Source: a virus
Taxonomy: Duplodnaviria > Heunggongvirae > Uroviricota > Caudoviricetes
IMG/VR virus record: IMGVR_UViG_2654587996_000001
Coordinates: 1 to 36,538 of that record
Reading direction: 5' to 3' (one strand)
Length of the DNA: 36,538 nt
Shown here one piece after another: positions 28,000 to 36,538 of this stretch. The position numbers and the translations under genes were made by a program. The notes under the pieces are model-generated. The model did no database searches and was not told the DNA's origin. It was given only the letters and a program-made list of their open reading frames with translations. The first letter of the stretch is position 1. Every line of letters begins with the position of its first letter.

Positions 28000-28023
28000 A
28001 AATCCCGCGCTGTGGCGGGATTT
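28000..28023 (-). terminator. Rho-independent terminator at the end of the early operon
   Basis: Perfect 9-bp stem AAATCCCGC / GCGGGATTT with 6-nt loop, followed on the minus-strand RNA by UUAUUUUAAA; starts 4 nt after the gemA-like stop. Confidence 0.65.
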
Positions 28024-28027
28024 GGGG

Positions 28028-28537
28028 TTAACGGGGGAATGATTTTTCATACAGCCTGCAAACGCGCTCATAACTCATCACTGTATGTGCTGGCATCCCC
28101 AGTACAGACAGCATTTTGCGGCGGTGCCAGCGTTTGAGACGCTCCAGCACATCAGAGGCCATCGCGGGGTGTTGCTCCAGCCACTGCCAGTTAGCCACAC
28201 CTTCGCCGCCGTTCTGCGCGGCCGTCTGCGATTTCACCCAGTGGTTAAGGGCTGTTTCCCCGCCATCAGAGATAAAGCCCTGCCGGTGCATCACCTTCCA
28301 GATGGCGCGAATTTTGGCGGTCACCGTACCCGGTTTTAAGGCCCGGTTAACCGGTTTCTGACGCACTTTAAAACCGCGTTTTTTGAAAACATCCAGCACG
28401 CGGGATAACTCATCCGGTGACATATCCCGGCAACTGGTTTTGCCGGTGGCTTCCAGTAGTACGGATGTGTAGATCTCATCATCCAGGGCAAGCTCGCGCT
28501 TTGCCACATGAATAGCGGATATCAGTTTCCCTCTCAT
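28028..28537 (-). CDS. GemA-like regulatory protein (Mu gp16 family)
   Basis: 169 aa; N-terminal region LISAIHVAKRELALDDEIYTSVLLEATGKTSCRDMSPDELSRVLDVFKKRGF resembles the GemA family pattern; last gene before the early terminator. Confidence 0.55.
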   Translation of the reverse strand: MRGKLISAIHVAKRELALDDEIYTSVLLEATGKTSCRDMSPDELSRVLDVFKKRGFKVRQKPVNRALKPGTVTAKIRAIWKVMHRQGFISDGGETALNHWVKSQTAAQNGGEGVANWQWLEQHPAMASDVLERLKRWHRRKMLSVLGMPAHTVMSYERVCRLYEKSFPR

Positions 28538-28830
28538 GCTGTATCAACACTCCTGCTGATATGATAGATATTATTTTCCCGATCGAGCTGAACCCGATAC
28601 TCCGGAGGAATCACAAAAATATTAAAACCATCATCAGTTTTTATTCTTGAGTAGTATTCCCCCTTATGATATCTGGCAAGTGCATTAATCAGAGAAGTCG
28701 TCGCCAGCCCAATCAGGTATTTTTTATGAAAAATACTGATAACTTTCCGGCACAGCCATCGTGTAATGACGAATGCACCGAAAAACGATGTGATATATAA
28801 ACACCAGAACAACTGCGAACTACTGTCCAT
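28534..28830 (-). CDS. Small membrane protein (98 aa), AT-rich
   Basis: N-terminal transmembrane helix LFWCLYITSFFGAFVITRWL; AAGGAG upstream; 4-nt overlap with gemA-like gene. Confidence 0.45.
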   Translation of the reverse strand: MDSSSQLFWCLYITSFFGAFVITRWLCRKVISIFHKKYLIGLATTSLINALARYHKGEYYSRIKTDDGFNIFVIPPEYRVQLDRENNIYHISRSVDTA

Positions 28831-28845
28831 TATCTTTCTCCTTAT

Positions 28846-28980
28846 TCAGTCTTCTGCGACATTCGGCACAGTCATCAGGGCTTTCAAATGTATCCGGCTC
28901 GCGATTATGAGCCAGATATAACCACCGCCTACATATACTGATATTATCGCCTGTTTTAAAAAATGATGCTTCTTAGCCAT
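28846..28980 (-). CDS. Small hydrophobic peptide (44 aa), below the ORF-track size cutoff
   Basis: Hand translation MAKKHHFLKQAIISVYVGGGYIWLIIASRIHLKALMTVPNVAED; stop TGA 13 nt before the next ATG; weak ribosome-binding site. Confidence 0.3.
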   Translation of the reverse strand: MAKKHHFLKQAIISVYVGGGYIWLIIASRIHLKALMTVPNVAED

Positions 28981-29008
28981 CAGAGGGCGCGCCCATCCAG
29001 CGGGTAGA

Positions 29009-29383
29009 CTATTCATTTACTTTATCCTCCATACTGGACAGAATCATCTGTATTAATGTCGGGCGTGGAGATATACGCATTTCATTAAGCGTCTGAAGGG
29101 CAGCAACAGCTGCCTGTTTATCGGTGCCTTTGGCAATTTCCGCAAGAGAATGCACAATCCATAACGGACTTAACGCCACGACTGAATCCAGAATCATGTC
29201 ATCCATAATAATTTCTGGCACATCCAGTTTGTCATACTCCTTATCCATAAAAGAAACGATTTTTTCCACATCTTCCGGTTTCATGCCTCCGGCGATGAGA
29301 ATTTTTCTATATTCATAAGACGATCTTAATTCAATACTCATATTCATCTCCTGTAACGCTGACAAGGACGTAATTTTTCTCAT
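29009..29383 (-). CDS. Hypothetical protein (about 110-124 aa), AT-rich
   Basis: AGGAG directly upstream of tandem ATG codons near 29338-29346; no recognisable motif. Confidence 0.45.
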   Translation of the reverse strand: MRKITSLSALQEMNMSIELRSSYEYRKILIAGGMKPEDVEKIVSFMDKEYDKLDVPEIIMDDMILDSVVALSPLWIVHSLAEIAKGTDKQAAVAALQTLNEMRISPRPTLIQMILSSMEDKVNE

Positions 29384-29565
29384 TTATGTTTTCCAGTAAT
29401 ACGGATATATATGTCGATAAGAAGATTCATAATAAACAGGAAGAGCGACATCCTGATAAAGAACCATATATCTGGCATCATGGACAGATTTCCTGTAACC
29501 GAAAATATAAAACCAACCACCCCAACTGGAACGATAATTGCGAAAAGTATAAGTCGCTTTATCAT
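29380..29565 (-). CDS. Small membrane protein with two transmembrane segments (61 aa), AT-rich
   Basis: Hydrophobic segments LILFAIIVPVGVVGFIFSV and WFFIRMSLFLFIMNLLIDI; 4-nt overlaps with both neighbours. Confidence 0.45.
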   Translation of the reverse strand: MIKRLILFAIIVPVGVVGFIFSVTGNLSMMPDIWFFIRMSLFLFIMNLLIDIYIRITGKHK

Positions 29566-30113
29566 GGCGTTAACTCCCGTAATACAGCGTCCTCGGCGGT
29601 CCGGCGACGGTAATAAACTGCGTGAGCAGAATGTTCAGATATTCCAAACTTTTCGCCAATTTCCCGGAATGACAGACGGCGTGGGTAATCGGAATCACGC
29701 AGCGCACGTATAAGACGTACATCATCATCAGATATGCGCGTGCCGGGGCGTAACTCTCCGCACTTTGTTAATCCGGCACCAATCATTCCTGCCCGACATC
29801 TGACAGAATCTTTATTACGTCCGAGGTATTCTCCCATTTGCTGGCAGGTCATTGTTCTGGCATTTTTTCGAATAAACTTATCTTCATCAGGTGTAAATCT
29901 GGGGTGTTTATATTTCAGTAACTCCGGGTATGAACTGCGCAATACACCAGTCCGGTTATATACAGCCCAGACAGTTCTTTTTATTCTGGCAGCAATATCC
30001 TTAACCGGGGTGGATGAATAAAGCGCAATCAGCAGCGCATCTTCTTCAGGTATCCACGGACGGACATGAGCGGGGGCGCGACCTTTTCGTCCCATGGGTT
30101 GTAATTTCATCAT
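29562..30113 (-). CDS. Putative DNA-binding protein with three tandem helix-turn-helix-like segments
   Basis: Repeated pattern of an acidic patch followed by a basic helix, for example WIPEEDALLIALY..IAARIKRTVWAVYNR and ISDDDVRLIRAL..SFREIGEKFGISEHSAHAVYYRRR. Confidence 0.4.
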   Translation of the reverse strand: MMKLQPMGRKGRAPAHVRPWIPEEDALLIALYSSTPVKDIAARIKRTVWAVYNRTGVLRSSYPELLKYKHPRFTPDEDKFIRKNARTMTCQQMGEYLGRNKDSVRCRAGMIGAGLTKCGELRPGTRISDDDVRLIRALRDSDYPRRLSFREIGEKFGISEHSAHAVYYRRRTAEDAVLRELTP

Positions 30114-30116
30114 GCA

Positions 30117-30632
30117 TCACCCCCTGACTCGCTTTTCAGCAGCATAAAACTCATCAGACAGAATTTCGGTCATTTTCCGTTTTGCGGAATCATCTTCGCA
30201 CTGAAGATAAATCACATTGTCAACGCAGAACCAGTTCACGGGACCATACAATATTGCTGAGAAGTCAATGCCCAGCCAGAACAACAGGGCATCGGTTCTG
30301 GCATACGTGACGGGCGAATATTCACGCCACAGAATGTTCAGTTCATCAGAGGCAACACGCAGGGTTTTAGGGATACGTGATGTGCGCGGCGTGCAGCTCC
30401 AGCCATTCGACGCAGTCGGTTTTCTCCATAAGTCGCGATGAAAAGGATATTTGTCATCCATAAAGCGCAGCCCCTTAAAACAAAATCCACTGATACCGGA
30501 TACAAATACCGACCGGCACGCAACATTCAGCACGGCCTCAAGGCGTTTTGCCTCATCCTTAACTTTCTGGCAGTCCTGCTGGTATTTTTGCCACGCAGCC
30601 AGCGCGGAAGGGTTTGATGTTTTAAAGAACAT
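30117..30632 (-). CDS. Hypothetical early-region protein (171 aa)
   Basis: Tightly packed in the early operon; no recognisable motif. Confidence 0.4.
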   Translation of the reverse strand: MFFKTSNPSALAAWQKYQQDCQKVKDEAKRLEAVLNVACRSVFVSGISGFCFKGLRFMDDKYPFHRDLWRKPTASNGWSCTPRTSRIPKTLRVASDELNILWREYSPVTYARTDALLFWLGIDFSAILYGPVNWFCVDNVIYLQCEDDSAKRKMTEILSDEFYAAEKRVRG

Positions 30633-31165
30633 TACGCCACCTCCGCAGATATCCCGGCAGGCGCTGCTGTCCGGTCAACAATCAGGTAGCGCAGAACACG
30701 CGCGGTGATATTCCAGCCGCTTAAACCGCAGATAATGACACCCAGGCGAATGTCGATATACGCCATCACAAACTGGGGTACGCCTTCTTTCATGGCCTGC
30801 TCATCAACTTCAGCCACCACATAAACGGTTTCACAGGTCAGAACGCCCTGAGCAAATTCCCACGCCATCGACGGAATATCATGCCCCTCAATCCACGGCA
30901 GGGATTTTCTGAAGCTGCACCACTGAACATCATCAGCCGCACATTCCTGGCTGCATTTGCGACGAACCGGCTGCACCGGGCGGGGACGCGGAATATCATA
31001 AAAACCGTTACGGTCCGTCAGCACGCCTGCATCGACTGCATCACGCAGAAAATAAACCATGGAGGATGGCGGCATATTCATTTTTTCTGCCAGAGAACGG
31101 CTGGTCAGACGGCCAGAAAAACGCAGCCAGTTTTTAACCCCTTCAAGCACTTTTGCATCAATCAT
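30632..31165 (-). CDS. Hypothetical early-region protein (177 aa), possible N-terminal winged-helix
   Basis: Operon packing; N-terminal helical segment; Cys-rich middle region. Confidence 0.4.
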   Translation of the reverse strand: MIDAKVLEGVKNWLRFSGRLTSRSLAEKMNMPPSSMVYFLRDAVDAGVLTDRNGFYDIPRPRPVQPVRRKCSQECAADDVQWCSFRKSLPWIEGHDIPSMAWEFAQGVLTCETVYVVAEVDEQAMKEGVPQFVMAYIDIRLGVIICGLSGWNITARVLRYLIVDRTAAPAGISAEVA

Positions 31166-31168
31166 GAA

Positions 31169-31711
31169 TTATTCCTCCGTAAGCGCCACATATTCAGAAC
31201 GTTTAATTTTCTGGCATTCTTCAGGAATACAGCCGTTTATTTCCCTGCCATAAGCGCCTACTTTAAACACCACACACATCGCATTACGGGAGAGCGACGG
31301 GGTCCACCAGGAGTCTGTGTTAAACATGGAGGGGATTCTCATTACTCCCAGCTTTTCACAGAGCCAGACAAGGAAATCAGGACGCTTTCTTAACTCGCGT
31401 TCAGCGGCCTCAATCATTGCGGCAATAGCCGGTCCTTCAGGGCATGACTTATCAGGTCTGGCTATAAAGCACTGTCCGCCACCGATAAAAGCCACATCAT
31501 CGCGCTTACGCCAGCCCGCAGGCAGAGCACCAGAAAAATAAAACTCACTGATTACGTCCATGGCGAACGGCTTTAAGCGCAATCCGGCAGCGCCTGTATT
31601 TTTCAGTAACGCCCGAAGAATACTGTTGCGTAGCGGTAAAACAGTCTGTTGATATTTGGTGAAATATTTATTTGTCTGCACACGGTCTAATTTGAAATAA
31701 AAATATGCCAT
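31169..31711 (-). CDS. Hypothetical early-region protein (180 aa)
   Basis: Operon packing downstream of gam; no recognisable motif. Confidence 0.4.
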   Translation of the reverse strand: MAYFYFKLDRVQTNKYFTKYQQTVLPLRNSILRALLKNTGAAGLRLKPFAMDVISEFYFSGALPAGWRKRDDVAFIGGGQCFIARPDKSCPEGPAIAAMIEAAERELRKRPDFLVWLCEKLGVMRIPSMFNTDSWWTPSLSRNAMCVVFKVGAYGREINGCIPEECQKIKRSEYVALTEE

Positions 31712-31808
31712 ATTTCCGATTCCTTATTTTCAGCTTTCAGGCGCAAGCAGTCCCCTGACGCGAGCGCCATACTTAAAACGATGTGATATTTAAAGATTTA
31801 ATGCGGTG

Positions 31809-32339
31809 TTATTTATTCAGTCCGGCGTCCTGTTCAAAAGGCTCGACATAAAAACTTTCAGCGCCTTTATTCACCTTAATACCGGCAATGCCTTTCACTG
31901 CATCCGGCTCCGCCAGGACGGCTTCCTTGTTCACTTCCTCTTTCGTGCGGATGAATCGCTCAAGCCCCATACGGCGCAGCATTTCAATCACACCTTCCAC
32001 ATCACGGCTGACGCTGCATGATGGCGTTCCCAGCCGCCATGACACCGTTCCGGTGGTCAGATTGACTGTTTTGGTTTTGCCGCCGTTCGTCAGCTCATCA
32101 CGGTTGGTTTTGCACCAGTCCTGAATCCCTTTAAAAAGCACTTTGATTTGCTTTTTAAGATTTTCAATCTGCGGCGTATAACGGGCGGTGATTTCAGCCA
32201 CCTCGTCATTCATTGCCGTTTCCAGGCGCAGCGCCTCTCGCTGAATATCGCCCAGGGTGCGGATATCACGGCTGACTTCTTCGCGGGTCTGCGGTGCGGC
32301 CTCGGCTGCGGCCTTTAATTTTGTAACGCGTTTTGCCAT
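31809..32339 (-). CDS. gam: Gam-like host-nuclease inhibitor (Ku-like DNA end-binding protein)
   Basis: 176 aa; motifs such as TREEVSRDIRTLGDIQREALRLETAMNDEVAEI and NRDELTNGGKTKTVNLTTGTVSWR match the recalled Mu Gam pattern. Confidence 0.75.
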   Translation of the reverse strand: MAKRVTKLKAAAEAAPQTREEVSRDIRTLGDIQREALRLETAMNDEVAEITARYTPQIENLKKQIKVLFKGIQDWCKTNRDELTNGGKTKTVNLTTGTVSWRLGTPSCSVSRDVEGVIEMLRRMGLERFIRTKEEVNKEAVLAEPDAVKGIAGIKVNKGAESFYVEPFEQDAGLNK

Positions 32340-32350
32340 TTTGTTTTTCC

Positions 32351-32743
32351 TTATTGCAATGTATCTGGTGCGTTCTGCAAAGAACGGCGCTCAATGCTGC
32401 TTTTCACCCCCATAGCCTGCATGGAACCCTGAAGTTCATCTGTCAGAAACTGAATAATTGTGGGGCTGTGATATTTAAGAATTTGAGCATAAACATCACA
32501 GGGTCCTGTCGGTCTGTTCTCCGTATCACGTTCGATTTTTACAGTGGCAGTAACCCCCTCCGTGATTTCCTGACTATCATTACCGGCTGGCTTTACTTCA
32601 TGCATTACGTGGTTAAATTCAAAAATAACGCGTACTTTGCTCATCCTGTTGTCCTCATTTCGTCTTAATAACTCATCCGGCGTCTGACCTGATGACAGAG
32701 CCGAACCATGAAGTAACTTCATACTTCCCAGTAGACCGTACAT
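32351..32743 (-). CDS. Hypothetical early protein; real start probably internal
   Basis: ORF overlaps the upstream gene by 25 nt; internal Met codons are plausible starts. Confidence 0.35.
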   Translation of the reverse strand: MYGLLGSMKLLHGSALSSGQTPDELLRRNEDNRMSKVRVIFEFNHVMHEVKPAGNDSQEITEGVTATVKIERDTENRPTGPCDVYAQILKYHSPTIIQFLTDELQGSMQAMGVKSSIERRSLQNAPDTLQ

Positions 32744-32985
32744 CCGCTTATGCGGGTGGCTTTTACACGGCGGCGCAGGCCATTGGTCTGAACAGTGATT
32801 TCAATTTCACCGGTTCCCTTAACTTCGTTTACCGGCGGCGTGGTTTTCAGGGCATAACGTTGTGGGTAGCGTTTGCTGCGCTCCAGCACTGCACCGGCAA
32901 GTTCAGTCAGACGGCGTGCGCTGTTCAGGGAGTCGAATAAATTCATTTTGTTACCGCAGGATTGCATATTCATATAACACCTCAT
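32719..32985 (-). CDS. Hypothetical early protein (88 aa or shorter)
   Basis: Operon packing between B and gam. Confidence 0.4.
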   Translation of the reverse strand: MRCYMNMQSCGNKMNLFDSLNSARRLTELAGAVLERSKRYPQRYALKTTPPVNEVKGTGEIEITVQTNGLRRRVKATRISGCTVYWEV

Positions 32986-33213
32986 TTAGCTGACTTGTTT
33001 TGCACCAACAGAACGGCATATTCCACTGTAAACCTCTGTCGCACCTTCGCGATCAAGTCCGGCAGATATCACCATTCGCGTGCGGTCATTAAATTCAAAA
33101 AGTAAATCGCCACATTCTTTATTTTCGGCCAGTGAAATCACTTTCACGTTATCGAAATTCACCAGGTAAAAGCGTCCGTAGATATCAGGAATATTAAATG
33201 CAGCCATAATCAC
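32986..33213 (-). CDS. Small early protein (75 aa) in the position Mu uses for kil
   Basis: Immediately downstream of B with a 4-nt overlap; position only. Confidence 0.35.
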   Translation of the reverse strand: MIMAAFNIPDIYGRFYLVNFDNVKVISLAENKECGDLLFEFNDRTRMVISAGLDREGATEVYSGICRSVGAKQVS

Positions 33214-34142
33214 ACCTGTGAGAGTAATTCAGGGTTGGTATAAACCTCTTTAAAGGCCGCATTAATATGTTTTTCTGTCAGCGCGGCACCTTCACCGCTG
33301 GCGGTGATCCACGCCTGGTTAAGCGTATGTGTCAGAACGCGTAAGGCTCCCGGCTTTTCAGCGATAGCCTGCATGACAGCCAGCTCGGCCTCACCACTAA
33401 TCCCCCATGCCCTGGCAATAGCCAGCACATCCGCCTTTTTGGCCTTGCGAAGTTGTTTTGTACGGGCAAGACGGCTGAACAGGCGCGATAAATCATCAAC
33501 GGTGCGGCGTCCACCCTTAAACAGTCCGCGCGGGTTACCAATAAGCACCATCCCGATCCCCGTGGCGTCCTGGATTGCACGCAGTTGTTCCAGACCGTCA
33601 ATACCAAGATGATCCGCCTCATCAACAATCACCAGTCCACGAGTTCCCATCAGGCGACGGCGGATGGCGCGGGATAACGCCCCCTTGTTCGCGCGGGTGT
33701 AATCAATCCCCAGTTCCTCTGCCAGCTCCAGCATACACTCCGTGACGCTGGAATGCGCGGGCGACAGGGTGATCATCCAGGTGTTCGGTTGCTCCTGACA
33801 GTAATTGCGGGCCGTGGCCGTTTTACCCACACCCGGTACGCCCACAATGACGTTAATACAGCCCATCAGGCGAACCGCCTGAAACAACGCGCGCAGCTCC
33901 TGGACTGTCTGCGTTTCCACAAACTGCGGCGGTTCCGGCAGTGCGCTTTGTTTATTCCAGTTCTCATACCAGGAACGCAGGGAAGCAGCCACAGCAGCGT
34001 TATCGCCTTTATATTTTCCCTTACGGAAAGCCGATAATGTGCCGTCGGAAATTCCCGCCTCTCTGGCGATGGCATACTGCGTCAGCACGCCGCCATCAAT
34101 AAGTTCATCAATGGTCTTGATTACATCGTTTATATCGGTCAT
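33210..34142 (-). CDS. B: Transposition ATPase MuB-like (AAA+ target DNA activator)
   Basis: Walker A GVPGVGKT and Walker B LVIVDEADHL; 310 aa; immediately downstream of the transposase. Confidence 0.85.
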   Translation of the reverse strand: MTDINDVIKTIDELIDGGVLTQYAIAREAGISDGTLSAFRKGKYKGDNAAVAASLRSWYENWNKQSALPEPPQFVETQTVQELRALFQAVRLMGCINVIVGVPGVGKTATARNYCQEQPNTWMITLSPAHSSVTECMLELAEELGIDYTRANKGALSRAIRRRLMGTRGLVIVDEADHLGIDGLEQLRAIQDATGIGMVLIGNPRGLFKGGRRTVDDLSRLFSRLARTKQLRKAKKADVLAIARAWGISGEAELAVMQAIAEKPGALRVLTHTLNQAWITASGEGAALTEKHINAAFKEVYTNPELLSQV

Positions 34143-34217
34143 ATTATTACCTCGCGTTTGTGTAGTTCCTTTGTTTAATCAAATAACCTGAGTCGCCGCT
34201 CGGGTTATTTTTTTATT

Positions 34218-36305
34218 TCAGGCCAGCGGATCATTTTCTTTTAATTTCGCTTCCAGCAGCTGCAATCCCCGCTGGAAGTTACGCTCGTATTCGTCATCAG
34301 GTTCATCATCAACGGCAGGTCTCTGAACGGCCACCGTATTACCTACCGGGCGGTATATGTTTTCCAGCCATGGCTCCTGTGGCTTGTGCTCCAGCACGTT
34401 GACAACCTCATCCTCGGCATCACGGATTTTTTCCTCTGCGCGTTTACGCATACCTTTAAGGCGCTGCTGCTGTTTGTAGTATTCCGCGCTGACCGGGAAG
34501 GCTTCGCGTTTATTGCCGTCCCATACCGCCTCGCAAATCACACTGCCATCCAGGCGACGCACGGTAATTCGCTCAGCATCATGAATGTCATAGCTGATAA
34601 GCACCTTACGACCATGCTCGTCACGCAGCTCGGGCGCGTAGTAAATATTATTCAGCCAGCGTATTTCACAGCGTCTTACAGGGCGCTCCACCATCGGCCG
34701 GAACATATCCCGCAGCTCAACATCGGACAGCCATTCAATTTCCGTGTCCTCTTCCGCCAGGCGTTTTTTTCTGAACTCCGCCGGGCTGTAATGTTTACCG
34801 TTCGGCTTCATGGGTAATTCATCGTGCGGCCGGTTGTTGTACCACTCAACGCCGTCACGAATGGCATCAATCAGTTCAGACCAGGACGGTAAATCACGCA
34901 TCGCTGACTGCTGCCGGGCGTTCAGCCGCTTGCCCTGTTGCAGGGCACTGAATGCCGAGCGTAAATCGCGGTTGGTTTTACGTAACGTCTCGCGATCTGC
35001 ACCTTTCCCGAAATAGGTGCGGTATTTACGGGCTATGCGCATCGGTAATGTGCGGTTAAGCCGTTCGATAATGCCCCGTCCCTGCGGGTTACCGGCAATC
35101 CCGGTCGGGTGATTAATCCCCAGTCGCGGCAGTATCCCCACAATCTCCTTATCCAGGACGTCGGCGGTTTCCCCCGAGCCATTATCCGAGTAATACAGAA
35201 ACGGTTTGCCGTGATGTCGAATACCGTGCTGTATGGCACCGGCTACGGCGAAAACATTTTCAGCCAGGTCAAGGCTCCAGCCCACCACAAAGCGCGTGCC
35301 GCCGTCGATAACAAAGGTCACTTCCGGTGCAAATGGCCGCCCGTGAACCGGGTGTGCGCATTTCAGCTTCATGCCGTGACCGTCACCAATCCAGACATAA
35401 TTCACCGGCATTTTTGACCAGTCGCGGCGAGTGAACCCCTCAAGCTGGCGGTATTCACTGCCGGTAACCCGGCCTTTTTGTTTCACCACTTCCGGCAGTT
35501 TCTTCATTGCGCGGCGAATGGTGTCATAAGAGGGCATGATATCGAGCATATAAGGCTCATCAGCGTGCCGGTGCTGCCATTCAGCGACAAAATCCTCGTA
35601 AGCCTCGGTCATTGGTCGGCCGTTTGACTGGCGATACTGCGCCAGAAACTCGGGCAGCCAGTTAATATCTTCGGCTTTTATTTCCTGACGTTTACCCGGT
35701 GCCAGTAAAAGCAGGCGTTCAGCGGCGTTCTGCGCCTTGTTAAAGGCCGCAATCCAGCGTTTCAGCGTGATTTCACTCAACGCGCGGCTGTTTCCCTTTT
35801 TGGCGTTCGCCGTCTCAACCATTGCCACAATGCGCTCGTCCAGTTGTGATCGTGCCAGGCTGTTAACGAGGAACCGGATAGCCTTAGCGCAACTAAAGCC
35901 GGGTTGTTGCGCGATTTTCAGCGCCTCGCTGACGATCGCTATTCGTGCCTCTGCCACTTTACGTTGGTTTTCAGTCAGGGCATTGAGGCGTTCGACCATC
36001 AGTTGGGGTGATCCGCGATATGCCTCCACCGCATCAACCACGGCAGGTGAGCGTCTGGCCTTTGTCACCACCGGAGCCGGTGATTCATCGGCTTTTTGCG
36101 TCATCAGTTGCAGGGCGTAGCGTTCACGTAATGCCTGCTGCGTCACTTCAGGTAAACAGTCGATGCTGTATTCAAAACCTTTAGTGCCTTCCTGGCGGCG
36201 TCTGCTGGTTTCGCTGGTTGCATACTTCCTGATTGAATAGCGGACGCCTTGCTCCGTTCCCGGCATTCCCGGTAATCCAACCAGCTCTTTAACTGAAGCA
36301 AACAT
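34218..36305 (-). CDS. A: DDE transposase MuA-like
   Basis: 695 aa; catalytic-core region WIGDGHGMKL...SDNGSGE; position between ner and B. Confidence 0.85.
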   Translation of the reverse strand: MFASVKELVGLPGMPGTEQGVRYSIRKYATSETSRRRQEGTKGFEYSIDCLPEVTQQALRERYALQLMTQKADESPAPVVTKARRSPAVVDAVEAYRGSPQLMVERLNALTENQRKVAEARIAIVSEALKIAQQPGFSCAKAIRFLVNSLARSQLDERIVAMVETANAKKGNSRALSEITLKRWIAAFNKAQNAAERLLLLAPGKRQEIKAEDINWLPEFLAQYRQSNGRPMTEAYEDFVAEWQHRHADEPYMLDIMPSYDTIRRAMKKLPEVVKQKGRVTGSEYRQLEGFTRRDWSKMPVNYVWIGDGHGMKLKCAHPVHGRPFAPEVTFVIDGGTRFVVGWSLDLAENVFAVAGAIQHGIRHHGKPFLYYSDNGSGETADVLDKEIVGILPRLGINHPTGIAGNPQGRGIIERLNRTLPMRIARKYRTYFGKGADRETLRKTNRDLRSAFSALQQGKRLNARQQSAMRDLPSWSELIDAIRDGVEWYNNRPHDELPMKPNGKHYSPAEFRKKRLAEEDTEIEWLSDVELRDMFRPMVERPVRRCEIRWLNNIYYAPELRDEHGRKVLISYDIHDAERITVRRLDGSVICEAVWDGNKREAFPVSAEYYKQQQRLKGMRKRAEEKIRDAEDEVVNVLEHKPQEPWLENIYRPVGNTVAVQRPAVDDEPDDEYERNFQRGLQLLEAKLKENDPLA

Positions 36306-36307
36306 AA

Positions 36308-36538
36308 TTACGCGACCTTACGAATGTAGCGGCTGGGCCAAATCTCCTCGGGTGGCACACCCAGGCATTCCGCAATAATCCCCTCATACTTGGGAACATG
36401 ACGGTATACCGCGTTGTACAGGTTGTTCTGACCTACACCAGCTTTACGTGCCAGCGCCCTCATACTTCCTTCTCTGGCTCTGACTTCCCCCAAGATTCTT
36501 TGAGGATGCCAATCAGGCTTAACTTCATTTCTCGCCAT
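36308..36538 (-). CDS. ner: Ner-like DNA-binding regulator (76 aa), complete; its ATG is the last codon of the window
   Basis: Sequence ends ...AECLGVPPEEIWPSRYIRK, resembling the Ner/Nlp family C-terminus (IWPSRY); 2-nt gap to the transposase start. Confidence 0.75.
   Translation of the reverse strand: MARNEVKPDWHPQRILGEVRAREGSMRALARKAGVGQNNLYNAVYRHVPKYEGIIAECLGVPPEEIWPSRYIRKVA

Larger units (their letters stand above)
1..36538 (-). mobile_element. Mu-like transposable prophage, nearly complete (ner to mom), phage genes on minus strand; c repressor and both ends outside window
   Basis: Colinear Mu gene order read from translations: Ner, DDE transposase A, AAA+ B, Gam, GemA-like, Mor/C, SAR lysozyme, terminase, portal, F, G, I, T, sheath, tube, tape measure, baseplate, tail fiber, Com, Mom. 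Confidence 0.85.

Noticed and set aside
34218-36305. Insertion sequence or independent transposon
   Set aside because: The DDE transposase is flanked by ner and the B ATPase in Mu order, so it is the phage replicative transposase.

Overview
The window is almost entirely one Mu-like transposable prophage, with its genes on the minus strand (Mu left end at the high-coordinate side). It runs from ner at 36308-36538, through transposase A and the B ATPase, an early region with Gam and a GemA-like gene, a Mor/C-family activator, a lysis cassette, the head and tail modules, to com-mom at 1-889. The window starts exactly at the mom stop and ends exactly at the ner start, so the c repressor and both phage ends lie outside it. 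Identifications rest on reading the translated ORFs, recalled family motifs and Mu gene order; no database search was run. The parts not explained by the Mu backbone, and most worth follow-up, are: (1) a 692-aa SGNH/SASA-type esterase with a Pro/Ser/Thr linker and a C-terminal beta-rich domain (2224-4302), sitting where Mu carries the invertible G segment and gin, with no invertase present and a tail fiber assembly gene on the opposite strand; (2) an AT-rich island of small membrane-protein genes inside the early operon (28534-29565); (3) an AT-rich three-gene island between the esterase and com-mom (1090-2220); (4) a perfect 16-unit hexanucleotide repeat encoding (Glu-Ala)n in a head protein; (5) a tRNA-like T-arm element between head genes F and G.
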